Assembly (NCBI RefSeq): GCF_963921235.1
Contig: NC_086097.1
Span: 190,094,001 to 190,158,000, forward strand
Reading direction: 5' to 3'
Source of the DNA: Mobula hypostoma
Taxonomy: Eukaryota
Length of the DNA: 64,000 nucleotides
The notes beneath the pieces were generated by a model, which was given only the letters and a program-made list of their open reading frames with translations, ran no database searches and was not told the origin of the DNA. Below are positions 22,550 to 33,795 of the stretch, one piece after another (positions within the stretch are counted from its first letter, which is position 1; the number at the start of each line of letters is the position of its first letter). The position numbers were made by a program, and so were the translations under genes.

Positions 22550-24061
22550 ACCTAATCCTGACTTCACTTTGAATATTCCATTAATTCTGACCAGATCACT
22601 AACTCCATTTACAAAAATGCAGCCTCAAACCTATGAAGACCGACCGCTGTGCTTCATTATTGGTTGCAGGCACGCATTCATGTCATACTCTTCAGCTCTT
22701 CTACAGACAAACTGCCTCCTGTCTGAGCCAAAAATATGAAATTTTGACTTGACAGTCCAGAGCACTTGCTGCCATTGTTCAGCACTCCAGTCCTTTGGTT
22801 TTTTGTGCAGAGGTGAATCTCTTGGCTTTGTTTCCACTTCAGAGGAATAGCTTTTTGGCAGCATCTCTTCTATGAAGACCACTTCTGACAAGACTTCTCT
22901 AGACTGTAAAGGGTTGTACTTGGGTTCCAGTGGTTTCTGTGAGTTCAGAGATGACATCAGTGCTGGACTTCTAATTAGAAGGGATGTCAGTTTGATGTAT
23001 CTCTTGTCTGCTGCACTCAATTTCCATGGCCAACCATTGCGTTTCTGTCCTCAGCCCTGCCCATTCTTTGTGCTTCTTTAGAAGAGCTTGGACAATGCAT
23101 CTTGAAATTCCTGTCTGCCGCAAAATCTTTGCTTGGGAGAAACCTTGCTGCTGCCGGATGAGCACCTTATGTCTTGTGGCTCTGCTCACTCTCGCCACGA
23201 TGCAAGAATTGATCAGTTGAAGGTTAAACTGTCACATCTGCCATAACTTCACCTTTTAGTTTAGTTTTCCTTTGCCCAGTTTGATTCCTTCTACACCCAT
23301 TTCTGTTTCAGTTAATCAGTTTAGATCATCCAACTCATTGATCATTAGCACCCGTTTCTTATCTTTGTTTAATCATGCATTGGCTGTATACTTATGTTGC
23401 TGAGACACATCCTAAGATGCCCTGAGACACATCATCATTGATGAAACCTGGGGTCATTGGGTGTTTCTGGTCTTTCAACATCAGTTGCTCTCACCAGGCA
23501 ACCCAACCCTGGTTGATCATGTCCTGGCTTGGGGGGGCTTAGCTCTTGATCCATGGTCACATCTCTTGATCCATAGTCACCTGGAGGTTTGCTCAGCAGC
23601 CTCTTTGACAGTCCTGAAGGCCCCTGTAATGCCAAGGAGTGAGTGGATTCTGCACAGTGAGCAGCCAGCAAAACCTCTACACCCCACCTCTATAGGTTCG
23701 CATTGTATCCTCCATCCCTCTCTGGCACTACTCTACCAGCTCCTGGTATTTGGCTTTCTTACACTCAAACACCTCCTCAATCTGGTCTTCCCAAGGAACT
23801 GTCAGTTCTCCCAAAATAATCACGTTTTTATTTGAAAAGTAGTCTATTACTTAATATGTTACTTTCTTTAACAAAATACAAAATCATCTTTGTAGCATTT
23901 AATTTTTTTTTTGGATTATGAATGTTTGAAAATCTAAGCTTTGCTTTTTTCTACTGACTCACTAATGCAGAAATGAAGTTCAATAAAGACAAAAAATAAA
24001 CATCTAAAGCAACATTTATATAACAAATCTAAAGTGCCTAAGACTTTTGCACAGTACTGTA
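22550..24061 (-). mobile_element. Tc1/mariner DNA transposon remnant (one TIR plus N-terminal half of transposase, frameshifted)
   Basis: MARVSRATRHKV...GFSQAKI.RQTGISRC.VQALLKK (paired-like HTH); WQQVLWTVKSKFHIFGSDRRQFVCRR (decayed WSDESKF); CLQPIMKHSG; TIR gtgcctaagacttttgcacagtactg plus TA at 24060-24061; the other TIR was not found. Confidence 0.88.
23395..23812 (-). mobile_element. Second HERO-type 3' fragment inserted in the Tc1 leader
   Basis: Minus strand: ELTVPWEDQIEEVFECKKAKYQELVE*C..GWRIQCEPIEVGCRGFAG...EAAEQTSR*LWIKR; tandem ctgagacacatc at the 3' end. Confidence 0.8.
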
Positions 24062-24639
24062 GATGATCACTTACTGAAGAGTGATTTATATGCATAATCC
24101 AATAAAAAAAGTTTAGATATGCTTATTTTGATATTGCAATTTTATGTTGAATTTTAATAACACTAAAAAGAAAAAGTGCTACTTCTTATTCACTTCCTTA
24201 TTTCCTGTCATAAACAGGGTTTAAAAATTTGGAAGACACTGGAGTTCATGAATGCAAGTGACATTTAAAACATTTGGAACATTGAGAGGAGAGCCACAAT
24301 AGTTTATCAAATCTAAATAACAATCCACCCACTACTGAATTTTGCCAATATACAGGAGCAAAGACCAAGGAAGTGTATTCCAAATGTTAAGCAAAATAGA
24401 AAATAAATGTCAGTGTGAACTAACAGACATTAGTAAACAATGTGTAATGTCTTGGTGAAGATTTTGACCGCTAATGCTGTAGTGTATTTCATTTAGTAGC
24501 TTGCTGTAGAAGCAGTGTGTCCTGCTGATAGTACAGTATTTAGGCTCCAGTTAAAGATAAGGGGTTGTGATGTTCAACTTGGGAACGTTGTGTCAGTCAA
24601 TCAAAAGCCATCTAGTAGGGAAGCAGCTGAGCTTCAGAC

Positions 24640-24865
24640 CAAATTCCCTACAAAGGACTGTGAGAATGGCTGAGAGAATCATAGGGGTCTGCCCACCATC
24701 CATTGGAGACATTTATCAGGAGTGCTGCATTTGCAGAGACCTTTGTGTTATTGAGGATCCCATCTACCCATCCATCTTTGTTAACTTTCTACCATCAAGC
24801 AGGAGTCTCTGATGCTTTAAAAACAAGAATGGTCAGGATGGGAAACAACCTCTTCCTTCAGGCCC
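24640..24865 (+). mobile_element. Rex1/Babar C-terminal fragment
   Basis: SLQRTVRMAERIIGVCPPSIGDIYQECC...FLPSSRSL. Confidence 0.7.
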
Positions 24866-25614
24866 TAGTCCAGAGAAACTAGACACTAGACACTAGAATA
24901 GTACAGCACATTACAGGCCATTCGGCCCTCGATGTTGTGCCGATCCATATATTCCTTAAAAAAACGTACTAATCCCACACTACCCCGTAACCCTCTATTT
25001 TTTGTTCATCCATGTGCCTGGCCAAGAGGCTCTTAAATACCCCTAATGTTTTAGCCTCCACCACCATCCCTGGCAAGTCATTCCAGGAACCCACAATCCT
25101 CTGTGTAAAAAACATACCCCTGATGTCTCCACTAAACTTCCCTCCCTTAACTTTGTACATATGCCCTCTGGTGTTTGCTATTTGTGCCCTGGGAAACAGG
25201 TACCGGCTATCCACCCTATCTATGTCTCTCATAATCTTGTAGACCTCTATCAAGTCCCCTCTCATCCTTCTATGCTCCAAAGTGAAAAGTTCCAGCTCTG
25301 CTAACCTTGCCTCATAAAACTTGTTTTCCAATCCATGCAACATCCTGATAAATCTCTTCTGTACCCTCTCCATAGCTTCCACATCCTTTCTATAATGAGG
25401 TGACCAGAACTGAACACAATACTCTAAGTGTGGTCTCACCAGATGACCTCTCTAGTCTTGAGCTCAATTCCCCTATTAATGAAGCCTAGCATCCCATAGG
25501 CCTTCTTAACTATCCTATCAACCTGTTCAGCGACCTTGAGGGATGTATGGATTTGAACCCCAAGGTCCCTCTGTTCATCCACACTCTTAAATAACTGACC
25601 ATTAACCCTGTACT

Positions 25615-25652
25615 CAGTCCTGATGAAGGGTCTCGGCCTGAAAAGTTGACTG
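25615..25652 (+). ncRNA. Minimal type-I hammerhead ribozyme motif
   Basis: Stem I CAGTC/GACTG; CTGATGA at 25620-25626; GGG-TCTCGG-CCT stem II; GAAA at 25640-25643; AGTT (GUU triplet, stem III C>A mismatch). Confidence 0.65.
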
Positions 25653-25713
25653 TACCTCTTCTTAGAGATGCTGCCAGGCCTGCTGCGTTCACTAGCAACT
25701 TTTGTGTGTGTTG
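25618..25713 (+). mobile_element. 96-bp Penelope-derived insert beginning at a hammerhead motif
   Basis: Perfect 11-bp TSD CCTGTACTCAG at 25607-25617 and 25714-25724; interrupts CR1 ORF2. Confidence 0.9.
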
Positions 25714-28179
25714 CCTGTACTCAGCCTTCTGGATTGTCCTTCCAAAATGCATCACCTCACACTTATCCAGATTGAACTCCATCTACCACTTTTTTGCCCA
25801 ACTTTGCATCCTGTCTATATTCTCTTGTAACCTTCAACAACCTACAGCTCCATCCACAACTCCTCCAATCTTCATGTTATCCGCAAACTTACTCACACAT
25901 CCTTCCGCCTCTTCATCCAGGTCATTTATAAAAATCACAAAGAACAGGGGTCCCAGGACAGATCTTTGCGGCACTCCACTAGTCACTGACCTCCAGGCAG
26001 AATACTTTCCTTCCACTACTACCCTCTGCTTTCTTCCTTTAAGCTAATTTTTTATCCAAACAGCCAAGTTTCCACTAATCCCATGCCTCGTGACTTTCTG
26101 GATGAGTCTCTCGTGGGGGACCTTGTCAAATGCCTTGCTAAAATCCATGTAGACCTCATCTACCACCCTACCCTCATCAATTTCTTTTGTTACCTCTTCA
26201 AAAAACTCTATTAGGCTCGTGTGGCATGATCTTTCCTTCACAAAGCCATGTTGAGTATCCTTGAGTAAACTGTATTTCTCCAAGTGTTTGTAGACCCTAT
26301 TCTTAAGAATCCTTTCCATTAGTTTGCAGACCACCGACATAAGACTCACCAGTCTATAGTTCCCAGGATTCTCCCTGTTACCTTTCTTAAACAAGGGAAC
26401 TACATTTGCCATTCTCCAATCCTCCGGCAACTCCCCTGCAGTCAAAGAGGATTCAAAGATCATAGCTACTGCTCCAGCGATCTCTTCTCTCACTTCCCAC
26501 AGCAACATGAGGTATATCATGTCCGGCCCTGGGCACTTATCATTCTTGATGTTTTTAAGAAGATTCAACACTTCTTCTTCCTTAATCTCCACATTGTCCA
26601 GCACACAGGCCTGTTCTATTTTGACCTCACCCTGATCAAGGTCCTTTTCACTTGTGAATACTGAAGCAAAGTATTCATTTAGGACCTCCCCAATCTCCTC
26701 CGCCTCCAGGCTCATGTTGCCTCCCTTATCCTTTAGTGGCCCTACCTTCATTCTTGTCATCCTTCTGTTCTTCACATACGCATAGAACGCCTTGGGGTTC
26801 TCCTTAATCCTACATGCCAGGGCCTTCTCATGCCCCCTTCGAGCTCTCCTAAGTCCTTTCTTAAGCTCCTTCCTGGCTACCCTATATTTCTCATGAGCCC
26901 CTCCTGCTTTCTGCTTCTCATATCTAACATATGCTTCCTTCTTCCTCTTGACGAGTTGCCTCACGTATTTCATCAGCCACAGTTCCCTTTTCCTACCATT
27001 TTTCCCTTATCTCAGTGGGACAAACCTATCCTGAACCCAGCACAAGTGGTCCCCAAACTTCCTCCACATTAATTCTGTGCTTTCACCCTTGAACATCTAT
27101 TTCCAATTTACCCTCGCTACTTCCTGCCTCATCCCTTCATAGTTAGCCCTTCCCCAGTTAAGCACTTTCCCATTTTGTCTGTTTTTATCCTTTTCCATAG
27201 CTATGCTGAAGCTAAGGGAGTTGTGGTCACTCTCACCAAAATGGTCCCCCACCAAGAGGTCTGCCACCTGACCAGGTTCATTACCCAGAACTAGATCCAG
27301 TGTGGTCTCTCCTCTTGTCGGCCGGTCCACATACTGTGTCAGGAATCCTTCTTGAACACACCTGACAAATTCAGCCCCATCTATCCCCCTTGCAGTCAGG
27401 AGGTGCCAGTCAAGATGAGGGAAGTTGAAATCACCCATAAATACAACCCTGTATTTCCTGCACCATTCTAAAATCTGCCTGCTTATCTGCTCCTTGGTGT
27501 CCCGAGGGCTATTTTGTGGTCTATAGACTACTCCCAGCATAGTGATTGATCCCTTCCTATTTCCGACTTCCACCCACACCAACTCAGTGGACACTCCCTC
27601 TGCAGCGTCCTCCCTTTCTATAGCCGTGATATTATCCCTGACCAGTAATGCTACTCCACCCCCCCTTTCTACCTCCCATCCTATTCCTTTTAAAACACCT
27701 AAACCCCAGTACCTGCATCAGCCAATCCTGCCCTTCCTCCAGCCAAGTTTTAGTAACGGCCACAATATGGTAGTTTCACATACTAATCCATGTTCTAAGT
27801 TCATCCCCTTTATTCCTAATACTCCTAGCATTGTCTTCATTGTCTTCTAACTCTTAGCGTTGTCTTCATTGACAGTATACATGTATATAGTTAAACGACC
27901 ATAAACTTGTCTTGTCCAATGAATACAACCTAAATTTAAAATATATTTTAATACTTCAACCTTAACTGGTGAGTTGGGAAATAATTGTGAATCATAAAGG
28001 AAGCAAACAAAAGGAAAGCACAATATATTAAACATCCTGAATGATTTCTTTAAACATTCGCAAGAAAATTTGCAGATTCATTACTGCACAGAATGAGTAC
28101 AACCACACCCATGCGAGCACTTTGCAAAATAGATTGAAAATGTTATTTTATTCCTCCTTTATGGATTGTATCAAATCCT

Positions 28180-28335
28180 AAAATTCCTACCTAACAATGT
28201 CATGGTGGCACCTTCACTAAAAGTACTGCAGTGACTCAGAGAGGTGGCTCAACACCATCTTCTCAAGGGCAGCTAGGGATAGATATTAAATGGTGGCCAT
28301 GTGAGTGATGCTTGCATCCATAAAAATGAATAAAG
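28180..28335 (+). mobile_element. Old LINE (CR1/L2 group) 3' terminus
   Basis: ctgcagtgactcagagaggtggctcaacaccatcttctcaagggcagctagggat...atgaataaa; family recognised from recall only. Confidence 0.45.
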
Positions 28336-28429
28336 AGCATTGGAATTGGTTCTTAATCCTGCCCGCTTCTGTGCAACAATCTATACTTCTCTTACAGGTA
28401 CTTAGCCGATTCCTTATTAAAAGCCATGA

Positions 28430-30316
28430 CATGGGAATCTCATTGAAACCTATCAAATATTTGAAGGCCTAGAGAGAATGAATGTGAAGTGGATGCTACC
28501 TATAAGACCATAAGACATAGGAGCAGAATTAGGCCATTTCGCCCTGCAGGTCTGCTCTGCCATTCAATCATGGCTGATCCTTTCTTCCCCTCCTCTGCCC
28601 CACAATCCGGCCGTCTCCCCGTAACCTGTGATACTGTGTCCAATCAAGAACCTTTTAAGCTCTACCTTAAATACACCAAAAGACCTGGTCTCTACAGCTG
28701 CCTGTTGGAACAAATTCCATAAATTCACCACCCTCTGGCGAAAGAAAATTCTCCGCGATTCTGTTTTAAATGGACACCCCTCTATCCTGAGGCTGTGCTC
28801 CCTTGTCCTAAACTCCCCCACCATGAGAAACATCCTTTCCACATCTAGTCTTTCTAGACCTTCCAACAATCAAAAGGTCTCAGTGAGATCTGTCCTCATC
28901 CTTCTAATTTCCAGTGAGTATAGACGCAGAGGTATCCAACATTCCTCATATGAAAACCCTTTCATTTCTGGGATCATCCTTGTGAACCTCCTCTGAACCC
29001 TCTCCAATGCCAGTACATCTTTTCTTAGATGTTCACAATATTCAAGGTGATGCCTCATTAGTGCCTTATAAAGCCTCAGCATCACATCCCTGCTCTTGTA
29101 TTCTAGACCTCTTGAAATGAATGCTAACATTGCATTTGCCTTCTTCACCACTGACTCAACCTACAAGTTAACCTTTAAGGTGTTCTGCACAAGGACTCCC
29201 TAGTCCCTTTGCATTTCAGAATTTTGAATTTTCTCCCTGTTTAGAAAATAGTCTGCACATTTATTTCTACTACTAAAGTGCACAACAATGTATTTTCCAA
29301 CATTGTATTTAATTTGCCACTTTCTTGCCCATTCTCCTAATCTGTCTAAGTCCTTCTGCAGTCTACCTGTTTCCTCAACGTTACCTGTCCCTCCACCAAT
29401 CTTAGTATCATCTGCAAACTTGGCAACACAGCCATCAATTCCATCATCTAAATCATTGATATACAGCATAAAAAGAAGTGGTCCTAACACCAACCCCCGT
29501 TAGCTACTGGCAGCCAACCAGACAAGGATCCTTTTATTTCCACTCACTGCCTCCCACCACTCGGCCAATGCTTTAACCATGTTAGTAACTTCCCCGTAAT
29601 ACCATGGGCTCTTAATTTGGTAAGCAGCCTCATGTGTGGCACCTTGTCAAAGGCCTTCTGAAAGTCCAAATATACAACATCAACTATCCTACTTTATCTT
29701 TATCTATCCCACTTGTAATCTCCTCAAAGAATTCCAACAAGTTTATCTGACAAGGTTTTCCCTTAACGATACCATGCTGACTTTGTTATATCTTGTCCTG
29801 TGTCTCTGGTAGTCCATAACCTCATCCTTAACAATTGACTTCAACATCTTCTCAACCACTGAGATCAGGCTAAATGGTCTATAGTTTCCTTTCTGTGGCC
29901 TTCCTCCTTTCCTTAACAAGTGGAGTGATGTTTGCAATTTTCCAGTCCTCTGGACCATACCAGAGTCCAATGATTTTTGAAACATCATTACAAATGCCTC
30001 CACAATCTCTATCGTGAGTAAGTCTAGGACAAGAAGGCTCAGCCTCTGAAAAGACAGTTGTCTGTTTACAGCAGAGATAAGAAGGAATTTCTGTATGCAG
30101 AGGGAGGTGAATCTGAGGAATTCATTGCCATGGACAGCTGTGGAGACCAAGACATTGAGTATACTTAAAGTGAAGGTTGATAGCCAGGGCATCAAATGTT
30201 ATGGGAGAAGACAGGAGAATGGGGGTGACAGGAACAATAAATCAGGCATGATAGAATGGCAGGGCAACTCTAATGGGTTGAATGGCCTAATTATGTTCCT
30301 ATGTCTTATGGTCTTA
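28430..30316 (+). mobile_element. CR1 3' end split by an opposite-strand CR1 (parts 28430-28504 and 30008-30316)
   Basis: atctcattgaaacctatcaaatatttgaaggcctaga...ggatgctacctat resumes as gtgagtaagtctaggacaagaagg; tail cctatgtcttatggtctta. Confidence 0.75.
28505..30007 (-). mobile_element. CR1 LINE RT half, 5'-truncated
   Basis: ORFs 29200-29493 ([32 protein letters not shown]), 28870-29151 and 28564-28869; tail agaccataagacatag. Confidence 0.92.
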
Positions 30317-31329
30317 AGCACCAAATCTGATTTTAGTCTGTTATTTCCAAACTTGTGTAAAATTAGTAACTTCTGATCATATATTCAACATGAAATTCAT
30401 ATGACAACTGAAAATAGATATGTGATATACACTTAATGATATGTACAGTTTAGCACGGAGAAGCAGAAAAATGTTCATCAGTTCAATCAGTACCCATGGA
30501 GAGAGAAATAGTGTTGATTTTAGGAGTCAGGTGGCAAGGGAGCATGTTGGCAAATCCACACTGAAATGTGAACATCTTTCATTTTAAGTAACTAGAATTT
30601 CTGAATTCACAGTCAGTATGGAAGCACCAAGCATGTGGGATGTTTTATAATGGGATTTTCTAATGTTTGACTCTTCACTGTGCTTAGCAGAGTGTCTAAG
30701 CCCAAATTCCTCCAGTATTTGCTCTAAACATCTGTCACGTTAGATTTTTTTTTGCAGAAACAATGAACCCATTCATTTTAATACAGATTAAGGCTACTAG
30801 GGGGAAATATTTTATTTACTTGTTTGAGTAATTGAGTTTCAATGGTATTTCAATTCTTCTGAGAGTCTAGGACATTCAGTGTCCTTCATTGTTGGTGACG
30901 TTTTTGACAGCTTAATGATTTGGCTTTACATATTTCAACCAATTTGTGGGTGGAGTTTGTTCTGGCCCACCCTCTGGATGATATCACATCACAAAAGACC
31001 TTGTCACCATTTGGCCTCACCATTTAGAATCCGGGTAACTAGACAACCACAACAAGAAAAGATAAAAGTATATTTACCTTGTAATAGCAAATAAGTGGGG
31101 CTTTAAAATCCTTCAGTGGTACTGGGGAAAGGTAGAGTCAAAACAGATTTCAATCATTCATGGAGCAAAGGGAATGAGGGAGTGCAGAAATAAAAAAAGA
31201 AGGTATTTTATAGGATTAATAGCAGGCTTGGTTAACTGGCGTGAGGGTACAAAGAAAGAAGGAATGGAAATGTTACAAGCAACGATACAAGAGATAAGAC
31301 GTGCCCCGGAGGGTGAAAATAGAATTGTA

Positions 31330-31660
31330 CAAATGTTCCCAACAGCTGCAATACCAAAATTAAAGCAGTAATGATTACGATCTGAAATTGTTGAACCCAG
31401 TGAGTCTTGAAAGCTGTAATATGTCTGACTGAATGCTGATGTGTTACTCCTTAAGCCTACGTTGACTTTCATTGGCACAATGTATAAGACAAAGGTGGAA
31501 AAGGCAGAGTAAGGTTAGGCGCATGAGTCACTTTGCATACTGAATAAAGATATCTTCCAAGGTGTTAATTCATTCCGGATTTAGTGACGCAGATATTGAG
31601 GCGATTGCATTGTGATAACTCAATTTGGTGTTCAAAATTGAAAGCAGTATGCAAGTCCGC
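31330..31660 (-). mobile_element. Highly decayed Penelope GIY-YIG region
   Basis: Degenerate antisense similarity to 8700-9030; a PLE-like terminus (agatttccaatatctgcag) lies at about 31960. Confidence 0.4.
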
Positions 31661-33156
31661 CAGTGCACTTTTTCTACTTCCCCTCTGCCGAATTCTTGAT
31701 TGTGTACTTTTCACAGCTCCGAAAAATTCTTGAGTAGAAATTTCTCTTCAGTCACTATGCTTAACAAACAATATTGCACCAGCTGAAGGTTACTGCAGTT
31801 GTCAACAAAATATAGATATATGGAGGTCAGTGATCAAATTTCCAAGTGCTGCATTTAGAATGAACAGTTGAGCATGATTTTCTACCCATTAAATGTCTCT
31901 ATTCTGTTGCTGCTAATTAACCTGCTAAATATTTCAAACATTACTTGTTTTTCTTGTAGATTTCCAATATCTGCAGTGTTAGGAGAAGCCACAAAGTACC
32001 AGCAGGAAACAGGCCAATAATTATAATGTAGGACATAGCAAACCTCTGATTCCTTCCTATTACTTCACTTTAATGTAAAACGTGAGTATTATACTTCAGA
32101 ATATCTATTCAATAAAATCCTAGTAAATGTCAGTCTGAAGTTTCAGAAGGAGCCCATAGAATGTATCATTACTTATATTGTCATGACTGTTGCTTTGACA
32201 TTTCAACACCTATAAGCATTGATTAAATTCTTTTCCTCCTGCATGTGGGTTCAGAATAATTAGAGGCTGTGAGAAGCTGCATGTAGGCAAAATAATTAAC
32301 ACAAGCTCTATGTACTTTCACTGAGATGTCACAGTGCAACTCTGAATAAAGCCAGTAAGAGGCTACTTACAAGGATTAAAAAAAGTGAAGTCAATTGATG
32401 GTATTTACGGTGATTTATTTAATTCTGCTGGTCTGATAAGAGAGCCATTAGGAACAAATATAAAATACCATTTAATTTCTATCATATCAAACAAATACTT
32501 TGCACATCCCAACTGTAAGTGAATTAACTTAAAAAATTCTTGACCCATTGAAGATCAATAATACATTTGTCATTTGAACACCTGCACCAATTCCTATTTG
32601 TATATTGGGCAAAACTACTTTCCACCCCTTCTGATGTTTTGACGTCAGAAATTCAACTGAGTTGCTAACTCTCCTAGGAAACTATTATTTCCTTTGTATA
32701 AAACCCGAGTTTATTTCACATACTGTCAATCGTGACAGATTGGTCTCCCGCTGCTGCTATTGAATGACGCAAAACAGGTTTTCTTTGAAAAAGTATATTT
32801 GCTGTTGGAAACATTTCATGCAAATATGATTTGATGTAGTGTCACAAGTACTATTCCTTCTCCTCATCACTAACAAACTAAATTTTTCTCTTTAAGCAAC
32901 TGGCAGATATTTCATGCTCAGATAACAATTTTATGAGCTGCCAGGTATGGCTGTACACTGCCCTTTAAATATCCAGAATTTTAATACAAAGGAATATGTG
33001 TGCCTTGCCATAAATAGGTCTAAAATAAATTTCAAACCTGCTGAAGAATTAGACTGCATTCAGAGTTTTAACTTATTTTACATACTTAGAGTTTTATTTT
33101 GCAGCTCTATTAATGCCATTAAAAGTTGCTAAAGATGCCTAATTATTTGTTAAGTC

Positions 33157-33795
33157 AGATAGATAGATACTTTACTGATCCCAAAGATCATCACATCTCT
33201 AGCGATAGGTTGAATTATTATAGAGCCTTGTGGCCGAGGGTAAGAATGACCTCATTTAGCACTCTTTGGAACAGTGCAGTTGTCTTAGTCTATTACTAAA
33301 ATGCTCCTCTGCTTCTCCAACGTGGCATGCAGGGGATGTGAAACATTTTCCCGAATTGCCAGGATTTTCTGTAGGGTACTTTGTTCAACCACAGCCTCCA
33401 GTGTGTCCAGTTTGACTCCTATAACAGAGCCAACCCTTCTAATCAGTTTATTGAGCCTGTTGGCATCACCCTTGTTGATGCCATTGCCCCAGCACATCGC
33501 TATATAGAAGATAGTCCTAATTGCAACAACAGATTGGTAGAACATGTGAAGGAGAGGCTTGCATATTCCAAAGGACCTCAGTCTCCTCAGGAAGTAAAGG
33601 CAACTCTGGCCCTTCCCGTACACAGCCTCTGTGTTGGTGCTCCACTCATCTGTCATCCAGGTGCACCTCTAGGTACTTGTAGGTCCTCACCACATCCACG
33701 TCTTCACCATCAATAGTGACAGGGAGCAGTGCGGATTTAGTCTTCCTAAAATCCACCATCATCTTCTTTGTCTTGCTGATGTTGAGCTGTAGAGG
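33157..33795 (-). mobile_element. Rex1/Babar-type LINE 3' fragment (different subfamily)
   Basis: KGQSCLYFLRRLRSFGICKPLLHMFYQSVVA...RLNKLIRRVGSVIG...SHPLH; (GATA)n tail at 33157-33169. Confidence 0.85.

Larger units (their letters stand above)
24874..27832 (-). mobile_element. CR1 LINE with nearly complete ORF2 (APE endonuclease + RT), inactivated by stops and frameshifts
   Basis: Starts at NARSIRNKGDEL; GVVYRPQNS, MGDFNFP, LDLVLGN, SDHNSL (APE); WRMANVVPLFKKG, QHGF, YMDFSKAFDKVPH, SGVPQ.SVLGPLFF, SKFADNMK (RT); (TCTAGTG)n tail at 24874-24900. Confidence 0.95.

Noticed and set aside
26044..26973. Longest ORF (309 aa) as a host gene or active retrotransposon
   Set aside because: It is a piece of CR1 ORF2 flanked by frameshifts and stops, and interrupted downstream by a 96-bp insert
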